Source: Heptranchias perlo
Taxonomy: Eukaryota
Assembly (NCBI RefSeq): GCF_035084215.1
Contig: NC_090331.1
Location: 54,870,001 to 54,934,000 of the forward strand
Direction: 5' to 3'
DNA: 64,000 nt
Made by a program: the position numbers and the translations under genes. The number at the start of each line of letters is the position of its first letter. The stretch's first letter is position 1. Below are positions 11,441 through 22,858 of this stretch, one piece after another. The notes under the pieces are model-generated. The model made no database searches. It saw nothing but the letters and a program-made list of their open reading frames with translations, and was not told the origin of the DNA.

Positions 11441-13453
11441 GCTCTGTCTGAATCGTATTCACTTTTCCAATGAAAGTGATGTTTTATTTTTAAGGCGGTT
11501 TGAGTCAGTAATCTGACGCACACTATTATATGTAAGTTAATGTTCCATTTTACATGGTACTACAGGTATTAGTGACTTTGAACAATGATCTGACATAATT
11601 GAGCAATATCATAGAATTTTTCAAAGCTGTGTTATAAATCACAGCTATCTCCAATCTTTGTAATTTTCACATATATCCCACTGAGCTGTTGAGTTGCTTT
11701 AAACCGCTGTTTACCATCTTTCCCTCCCTCCCTCCCTCTCTCTCCACCTTGACCTTGGCCTTCATCTACTTCCGGAAAGAACCCCTTTGTCTGCATACCA
11801 GTGATGCGAACAACTTGAGACAGCGGCATATTTTTTAATCCGATCCTGCATTTTCACGGAATTTTAAATAAAAGCAGCCATCTGAAATCAATCGCTAGCA
11901 TGTTTTTTTTTCACAATGAAAGTAGGAGCAGCTCACTTTTTATATTTTTTTTCTTCTGACGGGAGATACCATCCGCATGTTCTTAAATAAACGCGCTGTG
12001 CTTATTCAAAAAAAGATACTCGGATAGAAAGGATAAGCGTTGAAGTCGCTGTTCTGAAATTCTTTTTCTTCAGGTTATTTATTAAAAACGGTATTGGAAT
12101 TACTTCACTAAATATAGTCCAAGGGTACCAAGTCAGTGCAGAAAATGTTTTTTTTTAAATGAAGAAAGTAAACCAAAGGATTCACAGGAACGAATGAATG
12201 TAATTTAGTGCAAAAAACATGGGTTCCACTAGCCTTTCTCTATATCTCGGACGCTTGTAGTTAGAATCTACATTGTCTTCTTTGTGAAAGAACGGCTTAT
12301 ATTGCAATTTTCCAGTCTTCCCTTTGCCATGCTGAAAAAAAGATTTAAGACAAGATTCAAAATACTTTCTTTGAAATATGACATAATCCTTATTTGCTCG
12401 TGTACAGAATATCGTTTGATAGTTGTTTGGAGTTTTCAATTATTGTTTGCCGAAAAATTCCGTTAAGTTGCTTTGAATGGCAGTCTCGCCAACGAATTTA
12501 CTTGTGTGCGGACTCTGCAACTTTCAGGAAGATGTGAAAATATGTGTAGTGGAACAGTGAGATAAGCCCTCTCAATGTGCTACAATATTCCACACTGAAA
12601 ACCAGGTCATAATATCCCTACTCTTTCCGTTATCCGTTTTACATTTGTCTGCTGTTGTTATACCTAACCGCAATATATAAATTGCATCTAAATATCTCCC
12701 CAAAATGGGATTTCTTCGTTTTGGTGAATCACAAAATCTAATACAATGTTTGTAGCGCACACTGTGAGCCTCTTATTCTAAGGTAAGCTGCAAAGTACTG
12801 TTTGGTTTGTCTCATTAAACGTATTTATTGCACGTGGTTTTGCCAACTTTGGTGTATTTTTCGGGGAAAAATAGATATTTTTCTATATCTTACCTTATTG
12901 TTAAAAACAGATTGAAGCAATCAAGAAATGGCCTGTTTCTAATAACACACTTATATTCCTGAATATTTATATGTTTGTACCCTACGGTCTGTGATAGCAA
13001 TGGAGTGAATTGAATCATGCACTCGAATAATGCTGGAACTTTCCCACAAAGCCCAACATTTTCAGATTATAACTAAACAAGGACCTGTAGAGAAAACCGT
13101 CGATTCCTGATTTTTGGGAATGTGACCGCCTCCGAAATCACATTTTTGTCCGTTTGACACAAGTAATACGATTGAAAATTCTGGCACAGTCAAATAGCGA
13201 TTGGAAAGTTGACAATTTGGAATAATTTAGCGCATTTGATGCAAAATGTAAACTCATCCCAATATGCGAGAATCTTGTGGGAAAAACACAATGGGATGAT
13301 AAAAAATAAAGAATATTGGGTGTAAATCAAAATGAAATATCAGACATCTGCAATGTCCACACCCCCGAAAAACTTAAGATGAGTTTAAGGAAAGTACTGA
13401 ATAAAACATGCCCCTTATTTGCAGATAGTAAGCGAAAATAAAATTTAAATCCA

Positions 13454-13522
13454 ATTAATTTCCGCTCAGATTTTTGAATATTTAGTCATTCTAAATATCC
13501 AAAAATTTGAGCGGAAATCAAT
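13454..13522. repeat. 69-nt near-perfect inverted repeat (32-bp stem, 5-nt loop)
   Basis: attaatttccgctcagatttttgaatatttag-tcatt-ctaaatatccaaaaatttgagcggaaatcaat; 29 of 32 positions are Watson-Crick pairs. Confidence 0.9.
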
Positions 13523-14119
13523 ATATATATGATCGGGTTATGATTTACTTAGAAAAATGAGTGATCTTTAAAATCTATTTCACAGTTGTATACAGAATAA
13601 TGCAAATCGCGTTCATTTATATATAGGACATATACATGTTATCCCGAACAGCACATTCTGATGCTAAACAGATTATTACCGAGATTCTTCGTGACAATAT
13701 AAGGAAATGCAAAAAATGATCACCACTGTGCCGTTTTTTATTACATCACGATATGATTCCTTTCCCAATTTGAAATGGTTAGTTTGCAAAAGTGGTCCAA
13801 AACTTTATTTGAAAGGGATGTAGAATAGAGAATTGAATGATAGAATAATTCATGTATTTCATGTAATAATTCATGTACTTGTAATTTACTCATCCTACAA
13901 ACTGTACAATATATTATGCAAGCCATCAATAATATTAATACATATAAATCTCAATGAAAGATATCGTTAAGAGTATTGCCAAATACCATCCTTTGTTTTG
14001 TTTTCAACGCACATCATCTCTGTTAGTCATTTATAATTAATTAATTTTGGAAATATTAAATTGTTTTAACATCGGGAAAGGGGTGCAATGACTGATGAAA
14101 CGAGCTTCAATTTCTGCGT

Positions 14120-14222
14120 ATCACGTGGCCAGAATCGACCTATCAGGTTTCACTCGGTCAGTGCACACTCTAATCAGTGAAAATAAGCACCTCTTCTCAC
14201 TCCCGAGGCTGCTTTTATAAAG
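14120..14222 (+). promoter_or_regulatory. HoxD13 proximal promoter (E-box and TATA)
   Basis: CACGTG at 14122-14127 and TATAAA at 14216-14221, 35 nt before the ATG at 14251. Confidence 0.55.
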
Positions 14223-14250
14223 CAGTACTTAGTTTGCAGTGGGTCGTGAT

Positions 14251-14938
14251 ATGACAGCTTCTCTTCTTTCAGCCCCTTGGAGGACTGATACAATCAGATA
14301 CCTGCACAACAGAAACAACACAGCTAACTCGGAGATGGAAGGACTGGGAGGGAACGTCCCTTCAAATCAATGCAGGAATTTTCTGTCTCCCTCTGCATTT
14401 GGAGCTCATCACAACTCTTTATCCTCGGGTCCTGCTTACTCCGTCGGAGATCGAACGCATTCTGTCATTTCTGAATCTGCTAAGCAGTGCAGCCCATGTC
14501 CAGCTCCTACAAGCCCTCCAAATCCAGCGATCAGTTACGGCTATCATTTTGGAAGCAGCTATTACAGTTGTCGAAATGTTGGCATTCAACAAACTGCACT
14601 GAAATCTGGTGCCCACGCATCTCTAGCCGGTTATCCAGTGGACAAATACATGGACGTTTCGGGTTTGACTAACACCTCTGTCCCCACTGACGAGATGTCA
14701 TCTAGGGCAAAAGAGTTTGCTTTTTATCAGAGCTACCCCAATCCATACCAACGGGTCTCTGGCTATTTGGACGTTCCAGTAGTCCCTACAATAAGCGGCC
14801 ACGGAGAGCCAAGGCATGAAGCCTTAATATCCATGGAGGGCTATCAGCCTTGGACATTTGCTAATGGCTGGAACGGTCAAGTTTATTGCCCTAAAGATCA
14901 GACACAGACTTCACATTTTTGGAAATCTCCTCTTTCAG
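14251..14938 (+). CDS. hoxd13: Homeobox protein HoxD13, exon 1
   Basis: MTASLL... with group-13 motifs [22 protein letters not shown] and [10 protein letters not shown]; donor TCAG|gtatca, phase 1. Spliced product 312 aa. Confidence 0.93.
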
Positions 14939-15302
14939 GTATCATGAAATCATTTTCACTGAAAAACGTTACGCTCATTTTAAATGTAAAGCAAACAAAA
15001 TAAATCCACTGTCGTTTAGTTTAATCTTGTCAAGAATTCTCTGGTCTTTTAATTTACAATATTTCAAACGAATAATACATGGAACACAGAATAACCATGT
15101 AACAGAATTAATACGCTGAAATGTGCAAATGACCGTATGCCTAAATGTCTCAACCGAGCTATTAAAAGCATATTTAAAAAGCCAAAAGTATGGGTTTTCA
15201 TTTTTTAAATGTTTCCTCCATCTCCTTCGTTTTATTTTTGACACCCTTTGAACTGCTACTGTTTGAAGTTTACATTCTTACAATTTGCATTTCCCCCCTC
15301 AG

Positions 15303-15553
15303 GAGATGTCATGCACAATCAGACTGATATAAACATTTACAGACGAGGGAGGAAGAAAAGGGTTCCTTATACGAAAACCCAGCTTAAAGAACTCGAACGA
15401 GAATACGCCACGAATAAATTCATAACCAAGGAAAAAAGACGAAGGATATCAACAGCCACCAACCTTACCGAAAGACAAGTCACCATCTGGTTTCAGAACA
15501 GAAGAGTCAAGGAGAAGAAAGTGGTTTCGAAAGTCAAAGAAAATATACCTTGA
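15303..15553 (+). CDS. hoxd13: Homeobox protein HoxD13, exon 2
   Basis: Acceptor cccctcag|; encodes [61 protein letters not shown]. Confidence 0.96.
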
Positions 15554-17100
15554 TACCCCAGACATCAGTTACCAGTAATGACGCATTGTAAATTATATGT
15601 GATGGTCTTTCTTTTAGAAAAGGAAACTAAATGAATGTGGGAGGCGTTCAAGACACATCTTCGGATTTACAAAGAAATCATAAAATTACCATTTCCACGA
15701 AGCGTTGTGCAAAACTTTGCTAAAATACTTGATGTGACTTCATCACCATATTCAAACAAACAGGCACTCTGTTAAGAGTGTGAACAGTTGCACATTCACA
15801 TACTTATATTGTGTTACCGTGCTGGATTATTTTCACGAGTGACATTGCAAATACTGTTGCAAAGTAATGCTTAGTTCAGTCTTAAGTAAATTTTTCGTGG
15901 GCTCAGCTGAGTTACTGGAGGTTTTATAATATGCAGATAAAATGGCGACTACAACTGATAACACATTCTAACCCAAAAGTTGACATTAAGTAAAGTGTAT
16001 TTATAACTTTCTTAATGCAAGGCGATTTTTATTTAACATTTAAGTTTTCAGTCATGCTTTGCAAGAGGTACCATGGCTGCGTTGCGAATGGGTTCAAATG
16101 CTAATCATATATACTAGCAACAAAATCCATTCTGTTGTGAATGATTGAAAATAAAGTGCTAAAATACCATTTTAAGTCAGTGCCAGTTAGAAATTATTTA
16201 CAAGTGGGATAGTTGCAGACTAACTGCGTCTCAATCCCGCAAGATATTTTATCATATTAATCGGCAGCGAATTTACAATCATTTACATAATAAATTATTT
16301 AGCCCAGATACCGAAAGGGCCTTCTGTTTTCTCACTCCAGAAAGTTCTATATTAAACAGGAATTTCAGTCTCAATTGAAATGCTTGTCAGATTTAAAAGG
16401 CTTAAAATGTCTTTAAAAGTTATAAGTTCAAATATGAAAACTATGTTTCTGCATTTTGAATCTTTTGCTCATTTTAAACTGTTATTTTCAAAACAAATGC
16501 TAATATATTTGAAAGTCCCATAGTCGTTCTGAATGCGGTGCCTTTAATTGAAACTTTTACAGCTGTTTTCTAATAAGTAACTTGTTACGCTGTATACTTA
16601 AATTAATTCATTATGTAATCATGATAACTATATGAGTAAAATTGTGGAACAGTTTGGCATTATTCCTATGTTTTATGTACAGTTTTAACGCAAGCATTTG
16701 TTCATATTGTCCATCATTTTCTTCACCCAGGACGAGTTAAATAGGAGCTCTCGTGGTTTTCTTACTTTGATTTATGCCATGTAAAATATTAAAACAAATC
16801 ACACTTTAACTGTCTCCAAGCGTTACATTTCTTGTAAATGAATTGAATATTTTTTGTTCTGTCATATCGCCATCTTCTATATTATGCTGTGCAGTATTTA
16901 CAGGAAAGCTTCTCTAATTTACACATGTACACAAGTCACCGTAAAGCAGCAGTATTTTGGGGCGAGAATACAAACTCTATAAATTGTAATAATAGAAGAA
17001 ATAACTAGCAATTACGATATAAATAAACAGTAAGCAACTGAAAAGCACGTATTGAAAGAGATTATTTGCTAGTCTTTTTAATAATACTTTATGTTAACAT

Positions 17101-17228
17101 GATGTGGAGATGCCGGTGATGGACTGGGGTTGACAATTGTAAACAATTTTACAACACCAAGTTATAGTCCAGCAATTTTATTTTAAATTCACAAGCTTTC
17201 GGAGGCTTCCTCCTTCCTCAGGTAAATG
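17101..17228 (-). mobile_element. Penelope-like element terminal-repeat fragment carrying a minimal hammerhead motif
   Basis: gatgtggagatgccggtgatggactggggttgac...ttatagtcc...agctttcggag...tccttcctcagg resembles recalled shark Penelope-type repeats. The minus strand has CUGAGGA-stem II-GAAA. Confidence 0.7.
17187..17227 (-). ncRNA. Type I minimal hammerhead ribozyme motif
   Basis: Minus-strand RNA: AUUUAC-CUGAGGA-A-GGAGG-AAG-CCUCC-GAAAGCUU-GUGAAU. Stem I is AUUUAC/GUGAAU, stem II is 5 bp, and stem III is the palindromic AGCU. Confidence 0.6.
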
Positions 17229-18377
17229 TTTACATGTTTATCCAGTATTTACTTGCTGGGCATTTTGTAAATATAAATTAAACTATTTGAAACATGCATT
17301 GTTTCAAGGTTTCTGCGCATTAAATAAAAATTATGAGTAGGCCAAATTAAACACAGAAAATGGATCATAAAATGTGTAAAATTCCAATTAGTGACGAAAC
17401 CACTAGAATACAAACTTCTGATGTAAAAAATATTGTCAGAATTAATGGCATTATCTCATTTTTCTTCTATAGAGGTTAATTGAAAATAGAGTCGTGTTCA
17501 TGTCACATTAGCATTCCAACTTTTGGTAAAGTTTGCCACAAATAATTACTGGCAGGTAAAATACTTGTTTGACAGAAAGTACCGTTCAGTTATCGGAAGC
17601 AATTATTTTGCAGCGAGGCACGCTAAATTATGTGCTATTAAAACGTAATTTCTATATTTGAATACAATTCAATGTGTAAACAATTGAGCTAATTATTTTT
17701 GCCTTAAACTTAATTTAAAATATTTAGTGGGCTAACTTGTAATTTCCGTAAAGATTTTTAAAAATAAACACATATTGTGCCATTCCTGCCGGCTATGGTG
17801 CGTAGATAAAACATGATAAAGTGGGTAATGTGTTCAAAATAGCATGAATATAGTCTGGATTTGTAATGCTCTTTTTTTAAATTGGGGAAACGATTTCAAT
17901 GGTGCGGATAAGGAAGTGGGGGAGGGAAACCAATTCCTAATTTTTAAAATAGAAATATTAAGTGATGAAGTTTAGAATTAAACTAAGTGAGATTGACTGC
18001 ATTTATAGGAGCACGAATTTAATAGGTGATAATGCTCCTGACCCTGCCATCTTTATTTACCAGCTGCTACCATTTTCTAACCATATTCCTGTGCATTGGG
18101 AGAAGTTCTGTTGGTCAGCCATAGAAGAAAATTAAAAAGAATTATTTTTTAAGTTAAATTAAAGTTCCATATTCTGTCATGTTTAACACATGCATACATG
18201 CTGATTTTCTTCTATTCAATTTGTTGGAGCTCCGTGACATTAAGATACATGTTTGGAAGGATGTTCGGCGCTCTGACGTCAAATTTCTATTTACCATTGA
18301 CCTTGACTATCGTTATAGTCTTTGACCTTGACTTTATTTAGCCTCATGAATAATGAAGTCTACCCTGATCGCAGAGC

Positions 18378-18397
18378 TAGTTCGCCATCTGCTGGAT
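18378..18397 (-). promoter_or_regulatory. Candidate CTCF site between HoxD13 and HoxD12
   Basis: Minus strand reads TCCAGCAGATGGCGAA, closely matching the CTCF core CCASYAGRKGGCRS. Confidence 0.55.
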
Positions 18398-21287
18398 AAT
18401 CTGCTGTAAAACATGAAGCAACATAGTTGTTACAACCGAAGTGCGGGCCACAAGATGGTTGTTCGTACCGCACGCTGCAAACCACTGTCAGAAGTAATAA
18501 TTAGGCCAGCAGCTTGGCTTTACCTTCAAGATCTTGTTGATAGTTTGTATTGATAACCTAGACAACAGCATTGCCTATTTTTGCAAGAAAAGCGCAGTAA
18601 AGTAAGTATATCAACCCATACTATATAAGCTTTGCGAAGGTCGGTGTTCAACGTGTTAATAACTTGTGGTTTAATATTTTACATCATTTAAATTTAGCCT
18701 GTTTTCACGAACTTATACACCACGTTGCATCGTCTATTTTGTACTCACATCCCAGCCAAGCACATCCCGGCATCGATGTTATATTGTAAACAAAAGAATG
18801 TAGGTAAATTAGCCTTACTGCAGCGGCAATTTCGAAGAAATATGTAACATATAAAATTGTTCGATTGTAATTTTCTTTAGTATATTTTTATATAAATTAC
18901 GATAGAAATTCATAAACAGTATTTAAATGATAATCGTGATCGAATAAGAGATTTGACAGAAAGTCCCTAACAATAAAGCACTATTTGTTGTGGTAGGTGT
19001 AAAGTGTGGATTCTTTACCCGATTTCATTCCTTGGTTACATTAGTTCTAATGAAAACCTCAATTGTGCCCGATTTGATACTGCTTTCAAACTGAAGTAGC
19101 TCTTCACTCGAGAACACATTTTGCACTAAAACGAAGTTAAATTCCTTTCAAAAAATATGGCGATTTGATCTCATTCGACATTGACCTTGAACTGAGCTAC
19201 AGTTTATTTTTTTTGGAGTCATTTCGAGTTTTTACACAAAAGGTTAGGCGCCTTTGTTCGCAATTGCGTTAGGATTTTAATGTCTTACTAAAGAAAACCC
19301 GCTCGGCATTTTTTAGAGCATCGTGAGATCATAAAAGGGACAGAGGACAAACAGTCGTTTTTCTTTCCGGTGAGGGTGTGGTGGCGGTATCTGCTTTGAT
19401 TTTACTGCACATGATTTTAACTGAAGGGGGTCAATTCGTGTCAAATTGTAAATAGGTAAATATATACGTTAGAGGGTAAGGTAAATTGTTAAATTATAGA
19501 CCGCAAATTATTAACCGTACAAACAAAAACGTATTTAAAAAGATTACATTTCTGCAGTAGATACGACGCTAGAAATCAATCCTGTTACCTTAGGAGCTAT
19601 GCGTGAGTTTTAAATTTCTAAATTCATATTTGACCTTAGAATTAGTTGCATAGTTGGATGAGGTAGACGCGTTATATTCAATGTTATTCTATTTGCTTTT
19701 CTATCGATAGACTTTAGTACCATTAGTTAAAATATTAAATAGGTAACATACACGTAATGTTTTAATCGTTGATAGCTTGGATGCATCAAGCATAGTCTGC
19801 AAATTCTGCCTACAATAAGTATCTAGAAATTTTAAAGATAACAAATACAGGATACCGGGTCATTTTGGTTGGCTTTGACACCAGCGTTGCAAATAATTGT
19901 CTTTACTCCAACAGCCTTGTTTCAACGTTTGCTTCGCCTAAGTATGAAGCGAGGATTTGCGCTGCTCTAGCAACGCGCAACATTCTTAGGAAATCTTAAG
20001 ATTTTTAAAAACTAAAATCGTGCAGTCTAATGCGTTAACGGAAGCCACGGTCAATCTACTGGATTTTACTGAAAATTACGCATTATAAACAGAGATACAC
20101 AACCGAATTTCACCTCAATATTTTCGCATGCAGCAGCACATGTTAAACACAATAGAACGACGCAACATTATTCTCATTAATTGTGGACACACTAAGAACT
20201 GGGCCATTTTAGTTTCCACCTAATAATACATAGCATGCTTTAATATAACAAACTTACTGCAATTTTATCAAACATTTCTTAGATAATTGAATTCAACGTG
20301 GAGTATTAGAACATGACCATCATTTCCATTATAGTAGACGCAATGCTGAGGTAAAGGTATAGTTTAATTTTACGAATACGTACTTTTTGCTAAAATTGAA
20401 ATGAGTCTTAGCGCATTGTATTCGGTATAATGACTGTTTAATTCGATTTTCAAAACGTACTTCAATCAGTTAGGCGCTGAATATATTTTATAAATTGAGT
20501 TATCTTTAGATAATTTGCACTAACGTTCACGTGTTTGGTTTTGAAGTATAGTCTTCGTTTGCCTTCATATTCGTCTTTTTCGTTAACAAAAAGTGATAAA
20601 ATAAAATATATAGCGTGCTTGATTTAAACATAAACGTACTTCTCATAGAAATTAATACTGCACAAAATAAATATTCGCTAATATATATCTAAAAGTAATG
20701 CGTTGAAATATAAAAAGTCTACCGACTTTTTAATGAACATGTTACATTTTTATTCGACCTAAATAGATGTTACGAATTATCATCAGTTAAAATAATGCCA
20801 TATCTCTGCTAATACATTGAATGGGTTTTAGGTTTTAGGTATTAGGTTTTCAAGAATTATGGAAATTGGCTTGAAATAGTCAAGGGAACACATGAGCATT
20901 TCGGATATTTAAAGCTATTGTTCTATTAATCAAATATAACATGTAACTACTGGATCGTTTTATCAGTGTATGTGAAATGTTCGGCAGTATATTGAAACTG
21001 TATTTCCAATTTATTACGTTACAATTTTTTTTCTAAACGATAAATGCATCCTATTGATTTCAGCGAGTCGCGCCGCGTTAACAGCCGTTGAGTGGGATGG
21101 AGGTGCACATGGACGTGGACTTGGACATTTCAGATGTGAGTTGTGTTGGGACGGAGGCGGTGCCAGAAAAGAAAGCTGCTTCCGCCTGTCTTGTGACCCT
21201 CCTGGAGCCAATCAGTGAGCGCCTTTCGTTTATCTCTGTCTGGGAGCTAAATAGGGGACAGAGAAGATCTGATCGCGCTCCTCGGAA

Positions 21288-21867
21288 ATGTGCGAGCACA
21301 ATCTGCTAAATTCAGGCTATGTCGGCTCCCTGTTAAATTTTACCAGCCCGGAACCCTTCTATTTCCCCAACCTGCGTCCGAATGGGGCTCAACTGGCAAC
21401 TCTGTCGCCAGCACTCTCCTATACCCGCAGGGAGGTGTGCTCGCTCCCGTGGACTTCGAGTCCATGCGCATCGCCGCCGCAGAACCGCGCCTTCAGCGGC
21501 TACTCTCAGTCCTATCTTAGCAACTCAGTCTCCATCAGCATCAATAGGCATGGATCAGACAAGGCAGCAGTCGGCGAAGAGCCAAACAAATACTACTTCC
21601 AAGACAGCAGCCGAAAACTGGAGGAGAGATGCAGACACAACCAATCTTATCCAAGTGACACCAGCATCCCCTCTTCAGTCAACATCAATCCTGCTAAATA
21701 CGAGTACCCAAACGTGGAAACATCTCTGCATGGCTCGTCATTAAATAACCAAGGCTTTGAATTGAATTCCAACTCTCCCACTGTAAATGAAGGCATCAAG
21801 CAATGTGTGAGCCTCAATATGTCATTACAGTCATCAGTAACGCCAGTATGCAACAGATCCTCCGATG
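21288..21867 (+). CDS. hoxd12: Homeobox protein HoxD12, exon 1
   Basis: MCEHNLLNSGYVGSLLNFTSPEPFYFPNLRPNGAQLA is the group-12 N-terminus; donor GATG|gtatag, phase 1. Spliced product 272 aa. Confidence 0.94.
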
Positions 21868-22619
21868 GTATAGTATCAGTGTAATATTAAAGCGATGATT
21901 ATTTGAAAACTGCAGTTTCAACCATTTCCCAAACTGCTACCTGTCACCTTCACGTGAATTTCATACATTGATCATCAAACATTGATCCCGGAACACTTGC
22001 GCGTATTGTAATCAGAACCATCAGGAAACGAATTATTGTAATTACAAAAAATGATTAGGAGGAGATAATGAGACACAATGAAATGAAGAGCATGGTAGCA
22101 GTTCATTTGTGATAGATGGAATTATTTTAAATAACAAGTAAAATTGCAACGTTAAATACTTCAGTTTTAGTTATAGCTAACTTTTAAATGATGAAGAAAT
22201 CGTAACTGTTTCCTGAATTTTTCGCCATTTTCTTAAGATGCCAATATTTCAGGGAGATTCCTTTGTTCGGATTTATCATAGGCGAGTTTTCTGCAGCAAC
22301 GACTACAGATTATTAAGATATTTGAATACCTTATTTAAATATTTTATTTGTGCTATATGGTTAGCTTCATGTGTCATGTAACAGTTTACCAGTGTTTGTA
22401 TTTATAAAGGCTAAGTGTCACAAAAATAGAGGCTGTTATATTATTTTGTCGAAGTTTGAACATAATTTCTAAAAAGATCAACAATGCGAATCCTATAACG
22501 TTAACAAACTTATTGTCTGAACTAAAAAAACATTGAAAATTTGAATCATTTTGGGTTGGGCGGGGTGGTGAAATATTTCAATTACTTCAGCCTTTTTTCT
22601 TCTCAATTTCGATTTGCAG

Positions 22620-22858
22620 GGCTGCCTTGGTGTCCAACCCAAGTGAGGTCAAGGAGGAAACGCAAGCCGTACACAAAGCAACAAATAGCTGAACTTGAAA
22701 ATGAATTTCTTGCGAACGAGTTTATCAATCGACAGAAGAGGAAAGAATTGTCCGATAGATTGAATCTGAGCGACCAGCAAGTAAAAATCTGGTTTCAAAA
22801 CCGGCGCATGAAAAAGAAAAGACTTGTAATGCGCGAACAGACACTCTCACTCTTTTAG
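22620..22858 (+). CDS. hoxd12: Homeobox protein HoxD12, exon 2
   Basis: Acceptor tttgcag|; encodes [70 protein letters not shown]. Confidence 0.96.

Noticed and set aside
21088-21309. 73-aa ORF overlapping the HoxD12 start as a uORF
   Set aside because: Its ATGs lie upstream of the CCAAT and TATA-like elements (21208, about 21248), so they are probably not in the mRNA.
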